Assembly: GCA_964016885.1 (NCBI GenBank)
Contig: OZ024740.1
Span: 18,662,001-18,726,000, forward strand
Origin: Eledone cirrhosa
Taxonomy: Eukaryota
Length of the DNA stretch: 64,000 nt
Direction: 5' to 3'
The translations under genes and the position numbers were made by a program. Positions 57,947-64,000 of this stretch are shown here, one piece after another. The notes beneath the pieces were generated by a model that was not told the DNA's origin, did no database searches, and was given only the letters and a program-made list of their open reading frames with translations. Within the stretch, counting starts at the first letter, position 1; each line of letters begins with the position of its first letter.

Positions 57947-58678
57947 TTATGAGGCTGGTTTCTCATTTTAATTATACTTTTAATTTTAATGTTTTTCCTA
58001 CGCCTCTAGTAGCTTATATTCTCTTCACACTGGAGGTTTGAAATTCCTGTAAAGGAAAACACTCTCCTGTGTTTTTCGTGTCTATATATTGTATTTTAAA
58101 GTGCCCAGGAAAACCCTTTCCTTTGAGCTCATTTAATTACAGGATTATTCGCGAGTCCTTTACTCCGTTATCTTACTTGATATTTGCTCCTTGCATTCTC
58201 TCTACTGTCGAGTACCATAAATTGAACGGTATAGGCTGCCATCTCTAGCACCTTGTTCTGTTCATACCACCGGTCACTGCCTCGTGCACGTATTTTCCTT
58301 ATATTTACACGTGCGACAGGTGGTTTACTATAGTTCTCTCTCTAGTAGTGCGGACAATATCGGTCTTTCCACATGCTGATGACCCACTGGGCCGAATTGG
58401 AACCCACTAAATGGCGAAACAATCTCCTGGTGAGTTTGTACATGTGTGATTTAGTTATGAGGTTGGTTTCTCATTTCAATTTATACTTTTAATTTTAATG
58501 TTTTTCCTACGCCTCTATTAGCTTTTATTCTCTTCACGCTGGTGGTTTGAAATTCCTGTAAAGGAAAACACTCTCCTGTGTTTTTCGCGTCTATATATTG
58601 TATTTTAAAGTGCCCAGGAAAACTCTTTCCTTTGAGCTCATTTAATTACAGGATTTTACATGAGTCCTTTGATATTTG
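57947..58678 (+). mobile_element. Non-autonomous HHR-bearing element in partial tandem (period 508 bp; direct repeats about 57947-58186 and 58455-58678)
   Basis: Seen: near-identical TTATGAGG..GAGTCCTTT..GATATTTG copies, HHR immediately upstream of copy 2, (TA)n flanks. Confidence 0.82.
58370..58446 (+). ncRNA. Type I hammerhead ribozyme
   Basis: CACATG-CTGATGA-CCCA..(33 nt in all)..TGGC-GAAA-CAA TCTC CTGGT GAGT TTG-TA-CATGTG: 6-bp stem I, full-length stem III. Confidence 0.88.
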
Positions 58679-58721
<43 letters not shown>

Positions 58722-58729
58722 ATAAATAT

Positions 58730-58993
58730 TTCGTATCTCCAAAGAAATACGGTTTTAGGAAGCCGTAGCTATGCAAACACCGGGGTGCTAACGCCTTCTG
58801 GTGATGTCCAGCAGAAGCAAGGGGGACAACCGTCTATGCATTTCAGGCTTAACTAGCCTTCGTCAGGACGGTCCCTCCCACCGCTTGCAACTGCTGGACT
58901 AGAAGACAGGCGAGAATATATACTTTTCTCGTCTGTGTAAATGAGGTGATTAATCTCATTTGCATATGAAGCTGCATAAGTTGGCTCAACTTA
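58730..58993 (-). mobile_element. Truncated copy of the 340-bp retrozyme-like family
   Basis: Colinear with 59402-59681; carries the HHR at 58829-58872; flanked by (TA)n/(TG)n. Confidence 0.82.
58829..58872 (-). ncRNA. Minimal type I hammerhead ribozyme
   Basis: Minus: ACCGTC-CTGACGA-AGGC TAGTTAA GCCT-GAAA-TGCA-TA-GACGGT; all stems perfect. Confidence 0.93.
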
Positions 58994-59110
58994 TATATAT
59001 ATATATATATATATTAATAAAAGATCGGAGGCGGTAACCGCCGAATATAAATGTAGTCCGCACATCTGTGTTCGGTTAACACCATATAATACTCTCTCTT
59101 TCCCTCGTTC

Positions 59111-59114
<4 letters not shown>

Positions 59115-59205
<91 letters not shown>
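59115..59205. repeat. (TC)n(TA)n compound microsatellite
   Basis: Seen directly; one of more than 20 (TA)n tracts between 56309 and 63336. Confidence 0.95.
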
Positions 59206-59208
<3 letters not shown>

Positions 59209-59287
59209 ACCATTGGGAGTGGTGAACTCCATCATGTTCAAAATACCTGATATTGTGTATCATGACAATACCCCTATATTTCCAGGG

Positions 59288-59347
<60 letters not shown>

Positions 59348-59351
<4 letters not shown>

Positions 59352-59799
59352 GAATGAGGATTTAGCCTCAAGCACAGCTGTATACAGATATGTATAAAAA
59401 TTTCGTATTTCTAAAGAAACACGGTATGTTTACAGGTAAACATTTAGAAAGCTGTAGCCATGCAAAACACCAGGGCTATCGCCCTCTGGTGGTGCCCAGT
59501 TGAAGCAAGGGGGACAATCATCGATGCATTTCGAACGTAACTGGTTCTCATCAGGACGGTCCCTCCCACACTTGCAACTGCTGGACTTGAAAACACGCGA
59601 GAATACATGGTTTTCTCGTCTGTGTAAATGAGGTGATTAATCTCATTTGCATATAAAGCTGCGTAAATTGGCTCAACTTTATAATAGAATAGAATTAGGA
59701 TTTGGCTTCATGCATAGCTATATACAGATATGTATTGGAATTTCGTATTTCTAAAAATACGGTGTTTACAGGTAAAACATTTAGAAAGCCGTAGCGATG

Positions 59800-59800
<1 letters not shown>
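59348..59800 (-). mobile_element. Retrozyme-like / non-autonomous PLE element, 340-bp monomer present about 1.3 times
   Basis: Direct repeat 59348-59463 vs 59688-59800 (offset 340), one HHR, long (TA)n on both sides. Confidence 0.82.
59517..59560 (-). ncRNA. Minimal type I hammerhead ribozyme (paralog of 58829-58872)
   Basis: Minus: ACCGTC-CTGATGA-GAAC CAGTTAC GTTC-GAAA-TGCA-TC-GATGAT; stem I has one mismatch and one G-U pair. Confidence 0.88.
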
Positions 59801-59859
<59 letters not shown>

Positions 59860-59868
<9 letters not shown>

Positions 59869-60481
59869 TGTAGTGCCTGTCTGTTTGTTTGTTTGTTAGT
59901 TCACGAACTGCACCTATGGTTTTGGAGATAGACCCCCATAACCATGTATATTCTGAAACTACATTGCCCAGGTGACTTGGATAAGTATATTTCATTTTAA
60001 TCAAAGGGTTCCCCGGGGGTACAAACCCCCTTCGATTTATATGAAATTTAAACCATAAGTAAATGAGAAGATATGCCTTTTCACAAAATTTCAGCAAATT
60101 TCAGTAACATTAAGACACCCTAATGGGGGTTAAACCCCGTATAGTGAAAATTTTGGAAGCCCATAACTTGACTATTGGAACTTTGAATTTCTAATTTGAA
60201 AATCATGCTTTACACAAAAATGAAATGATCAAGTTTTGAATTGATATTTAAAAAAAAATTATTTACAAGAAACAAAATAAAAATAAGATTTAATAATGTA
60301 ATTTTGATTTGATATATTACAAAAAATAATGTTTTCCAATTTTTGCTGCATTACATTTTACATTGAGTAATATTGAAATGCAGAGTTTTTCTCGATAAAT
60401 TATATCACTAATTTAAAATCAATCACCATTTTCTTACAAAAAAATGTGTGAAACGCAGCAAGGCGCGGGTAATTCGGCTAG
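59860..60481 (+). mobile_element. Probable non-autonomous Helitron
   Basis: 3' end CGCAGCAAGGCGCGGG..CTAG followed by T (GC-rich subterminal hairpin plus CTAG). 5' part TATAAA..GTCTGTTTGTTTGTTT tetranucleotide run. The 5' TC is not resolvable inside the (TA)n tract. Confidence 0.65.
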
Positions 60482-60564
60482 TATATATATATATATATAT
60501 ATGCCTAACATAAACACACATTAATAAATATATATATTATATATATATATATATTATTTTTAAA

Positions 60565-60752
60565 AATATAGATGAGATTCTACAGGACTAGAACTGTTTC
60601 ATTCTTTAGAAATCATCAGATTCCTGATGATTTCTAAAGAATAAAACAGTTCTAGTCCTGTAGAATCTCATCTATATTAAAACTTTTATACTCTGCTATG
60701 TATTGAGTACCTTACTTACTGTGGTTACCTCCGATTCAACCCGGAATAACGT
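60565..60752. mobile_element. Palindromic HHR element: 55-bp arms (60565-60619 / 60624-60678) plus 3' tail
   Basis: Seen: arms differ at one base, 4-nt spacer ATTC, TA-rich flanks. Confidence 0.85.
60618..60668 (+). ncRNA. Type I hammerhead motif with GAAA changed to AAAA (probably inactive); mirrored copy on the minus strand
   Basis: AGATTC-CTGATGA-TTTC TAAA GAAT-AAAA-CAG TTCTAGTC CTG-TA-GAATCT. The minus-strand arm keeps GAAA but lacks the 5' strand of stem I. Confidence 0.8.
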
Positions 60753-61008
60753 ATATATATATTAGACTAAAGAAATTTCTAGCCTGATAGTGGGGTTTAT
60801 AACCCTCGGAGAAATGGAAAAAGATATATATATATATATATAATAAATACAATATCGGAGAAAGCTTTTTAGCGATACTCCGGAAATTCCAACTCACTCA
60901 ACAAACATCAGGAAATAAGTGATTATATTCCCAATTATGTGTTCGGGTGCTAGCTAAAAGTATTGCGTGGAAAATAGCAGAGTATAAAAGTCTATTATAA
61001 TTATTGAC

Positions 61009-61170
61009 AAACCAATCAAATTACTTCTCGAAAAACCTGGCATTTCGAGCCACTTTTTCCATATAAAACAAGTAACATTCAGAGACCAACCAGATGTGAG
61101 AAAAACCACAGACCCTCCATCTCAACTCACCTTTTGAAAATCAGAAGAACTGCGAAACCGGTAAAGGAAC
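61009..61170 (+). mobile_element. Degenerate solo pLTR with CCAAT, GAGCCACTTT, TATA module and decayed HHR (61130-61167)
   Basis: CCTT-TTGAAAA-T CAG AAGAA CTG C-GAAA-CCGG-TA-AAGG; core box mutated from CUGANGA. Upstream motifs resemble 57547-57645. Confidence 0.62.
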
Positions 61171-61310
61171 CAAATAAATATATATATTAAAAAAAAAAAA
61201 AAAATAAAAAATAAGACTCCAGTTGCATTTTCGATTTCATCTCTTTTTCTTTATACTTTCACTCGTGTAGGACACCTCGGTTATTTTTCATTTTGTAAAA
61301 AAAACCTCAC

Positions 61311-61379
<69 letters not shown>

Positions 61380-61426
61380 CATATATATATGTACGTATAT
61401 ATATATAAATATATATAAATATATAT

Positions 61427-61674
61427 AAAATATATAGCTTTCACCGTATTTTTAACTAAAGGAATTTTAGCTTGATAACGGGGTTTAGAACCCTCAGATA
61501 AATGGAAAAAGATGAGTATTGACGTACATGTACATCAATACTCATCTTTTTCCATTTATCTGAGGGTTCTAAACCCCGTTATCAAGCTAAAATTCCTTTA
61601 GTTAAAATTACGGTGAAAGCTATATATTTTCTAATTTCAAACTCGCTCACTGTTTCAAAACATACTTACTTGCC

Positions 61675-61679
<5 letters not shown>
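61427..61679. mobile_element. Spacerless 204-bp palindrome (arms 61427-61528 / 61529-61630) plus 3' tail
   Basis: Seen: 102-bp arms with two mismatches, centre GTACA|TGTAC; related to 62431-62579 and 60762-60825. Confidence 0.88.
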
Positions 61680-61751
<72 letters not shown>

Positions 61752-61871
61752 AGGTATGAATCGAAGTTGTAGCTGCTACATAGCAGGTACTAATCGAGTT
61801 TAATCAAAGGTTAATTAGTCACTAATATCCAAACATATCTATGAAAGAAGTCTCTCCGAGAAGTAATATTA

Positions 61872-62064
61872 TATATTAAAATTAAATGAGAAAAGAAAAC
61901 TGTAAGTATGGGAGTATAAACAATGTTGACAGGACACGTCGCTAATATATAGATTTCCCTACCGCGGTTTCATGTGGGGAAGAATCATTTTTGGAATTAC
62001 CAATAATTCAAGAACTGTTTATACTCCTGTAACTATAGATTTTTCTCATTTAATTTTAATGTAT

Positions 62065-62065
<1 letters not shown>
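61872..62065. repeat. Diverged inverted repeat (about 61872-61922 / 62016-62065) enclosing a core-deleted HHR remnant on the minus strand (61955-61981)
   Basis: ATTAAAATTAAATGAGAAAA..GGAGTATAAACA vs TGTTTATACTCC..TTTTCTCATTTAATTTTAAT; minus TTCCC-CACAT-GAAA-CCGCGG-TA-GGGAA. Confidence 0.6.
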
Positions 62066-62101
<36 letters not shown>

Positions 62102-62105
62102 GGCA

Positions 62106-62232
62106 CCCACTGATGAATTATAGGAGCCCACTTGAATATATATCTATTGATGGTATACAAGCTCCTACATAAACTGGTATAATTTCACCCAAATTGTAGG
62201 AGTCCTATAATGAAACCAGACGTCCATCTGGG
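62106..62232 (+). ncRNA. Hammerhead-like motif with a 95-nt stem II domain; stem III imperfect
   Basis: CCCA-CTGATGA-ATTATAGGA..TCCTATAAT-GAAA-CCAGACGTCCA-TC-TGGG; perfect 9-bp stem II base and 4-bp stem I. Confidence 0.65.
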
Positions 62233-62578
62233 AAGAGATATATTAGATATGTCTCATATGAAATAATACAGCCAATTTTCCACGCAATACTTTTAGTTAG
62301 CACCCCGAACACATAATTGGGAATATAATCACTTATTTCCTAATGTTTGTTGAGTGAGTTGGAATTTGGCCGGAGTATCGCTAAAAAGCTTTCTCCGATA
62401 TTGTATTTATTATATATATATATATATATATATCTTTTTCCATTTCTCCGAGGGTTATAAACCCCACTATCAGGCTAGAAATTTCTTTAGTCTAAAATAC
62501 GGTGAAAGCTTATAATTTCTAATTTCAAACTCGCGCACCGTTTCAAAAACATACATGTTTACGTTTATAATTTGCTTG

Positions 62579-62644
<66 letters not shown>

Positions 62645-62711
62645 ATATACATATATACATATGTATGTATATATATATATATACATATGTATGTATATAT
62701 ACATATGTATG

Positions 62712-62742
<31 letters not shown>

Positions 62743-62745
<3 letters not shown>

Positions 62746-62950
62746 GGAACAAGTAAGACCCCGACGGCTGAGCTCAAGCCGTTTCGACGGCTAATTCTGG
62801 ACTGGAATTAGCAGTCCAGAATTAGCCGTCGAAACGGCTTGAGCTCAGCCGTCGGGGTCTTACTTGTTCCTATTACCTACTCTACTACCCTAAGTATTGA
62901 GTACTTTGGTGCGTTATGGTCCACCTGGTTCCTTACCACATTTCCTTCGT
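62743..62950. mobile_element. Palindromic element: 62-bp arms (62743-62804 / 62812-62873) each holding the 3' half of an HHR, plus 3' tail
   Basis: Each arm reads ..GAATTAGCCGTC-GAAA-CGGCT TGAGCTC AGCCG-TC-GGGGTC; both truncated within stem II; (TA)n flanks. Confidence 0.85.
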
Positions 62951-63164
62951 TATATATATATATATATATATATATTGACGCTAACTTATGTTCCCATCCC
63001 TTTCTGTTTTTGTTTATCTGACCAGTAGTAGCACACTGTAAACTTTAGCCACGTCACTCGAGGGCGACCGGCTGAGGTTGAAGGAGCAGGATAGCGGTCG
63101 CCCTCGATTCCTCGATTTTCAGCCCCATGGATTTTATCTATTACATTCACGTATTATATTTCGA

Positions 63165-63222
63165 ATACCTGATGATATCACCGGATTCATACGGAACCCG
63201 GTCATTGAAATGATCATAGTAT
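63165..63222 (+). ncRNA. Type I hammerhead ribozyme in a (TA)n-flanked element of about 295 bp (62976-63270)
   Basis: ATAC-CTGATGA-TATC ACCGG ATTC ATACG GAAC CCGGT CATT-GAAA-TGATCA-TA-GTAT. Confidence 0.85.
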
Positions 63223-63268
63223 AATAAACCTTTTAAGGATTTACACAAATCCAGCCTCCTGTCATTTC

Positions 63269-63339
<71 letters not shown>

Positions 63340-63738
63340 AAAAATGATGTTTCTCTTTGTCGAATAAATAAATGCACAATCAAGTCTAACAATCATTTTA
63401 TTTAATGCAATAATTTAGTAAATTTCCTACAACGTCAATATTTTGAGGAGCGGATCTTTCCACGTCTGTTCATGTCCGTGGTCCAAAAAGAGTGAGTGAA
63501 CCTGTGACTGTGTCCGGGTGTATTTTTGCCTCCCTTCCCTGAAGGGTTGTTAAGGGGAGGCAACTGCTAGCTACCAAGCGACCATCTCAGCCACTACATT
63601 CACCTCGGAGCAGATTTTTTGTCGCAAAATCGTTAACAATGAAGCGAAGGTAGTTTACAAAATGTAGAAGAATGTATCAACAAATTAAAAATTAAAAAAA
63701 AAATAATAAATAGGTTCATGTCTGCAAGCATTAACACA

Positions 63739-63872
63739 GAAAAAAAAAAAGAAAAAAAGAAAAAAAGAAAAAAAGAAAAAAAGAAAAAAAGAAAAAAAGA
63801 AAAAAAGAAAAAAAGAAAAAAAGAAAAAAAGAAAAAAAGAAAAAAAGAAAAAAAGAAAAAAAGAAAAAAAAA
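63739..63872 (+). repeat. (GAAAAAAA)n 8-bp polypurine tandem repeat
   Basis: Seen: G every 8 nt, about 15 units. Confidence 0.95.
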
Positions 63873-64000
63873 CGTACAGTAAAAGATGCAAAATGCATGA
63901 AAAGATAACACTCTTCGCAATAAAGGGGCCCCAGATGCGATAAACAAGAAAAAAAATGTTTTGCTAGGCAATGAAAATGCCATATGTAGCATAGTTATAA

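Larger units (their letters stand above)
60762..62495. repeat. Long inverted repeat, about 215-bp arms (60762-60975 / 62275-62495) with 1.3-kb spacer
   Basis: Seen: near-identical reverse complements, including an internal (TA)n tract. Confidence 0.92.

Noticed and set aside
59026-59042. GGCGGTAACCGCC hairpin as an intrinsic terminator
   Set aside because: No U-tract or upstream gene; more likely a fragment of another small element.
60968-60986. AAAATAGCAGAGTA resembling a twister ribozyme 3' strand
   Set aside because: Rest of the twister core is absent; explained as an inverted copy of 60682-60699.
62372-62397. CGGAG..AAAA-AGCT-TT-CTCCG resembling a core-deleted HHR
   Set aside because: Neither CUGANGA nor GAAA is intact; may be a simple hairpin.
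58578-63992. Short ORFs rich in IY, ER, VC or F/S/L repeats
   Set aside because: Translations of stop-free microsatellites and of palindromic non-coding elements.

Overview
Eukaryotic (probably invertebrate metazoan; inferred) repetitive DNA with no intact host gene. Positions 1-55763 are one uninterrupted tandem satellite array of a 55-bp monomer (53/54/56-bp variants, roughly 1,000 copies), with nested higher-order duplications of 660 bp, 1.4-2.8 kb, about 10 kb and about 14 kb. The last 8.2 kb is a dense mosaic of short elements separated by (TA)n tracts: a 5'-truncated Penelope-like element (PLE) with a C-terminal GIY-YIG endonuclease, a probable non-autonomous Helitron, and about a dozen type I hammerhead ribozyme (HHR) motifs or remnants of many different sequence families. 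These HHRs sit in partial tandem repeats (340 and 508 bp periods) or in head-to-head palindromes whose breakpoints fall inside the ribozyme. Several unrelated elements end in a shared small hairpin 35-46 nt before the (TA)n tract. All RNA structures were paired by eye; no folding or database search was run.
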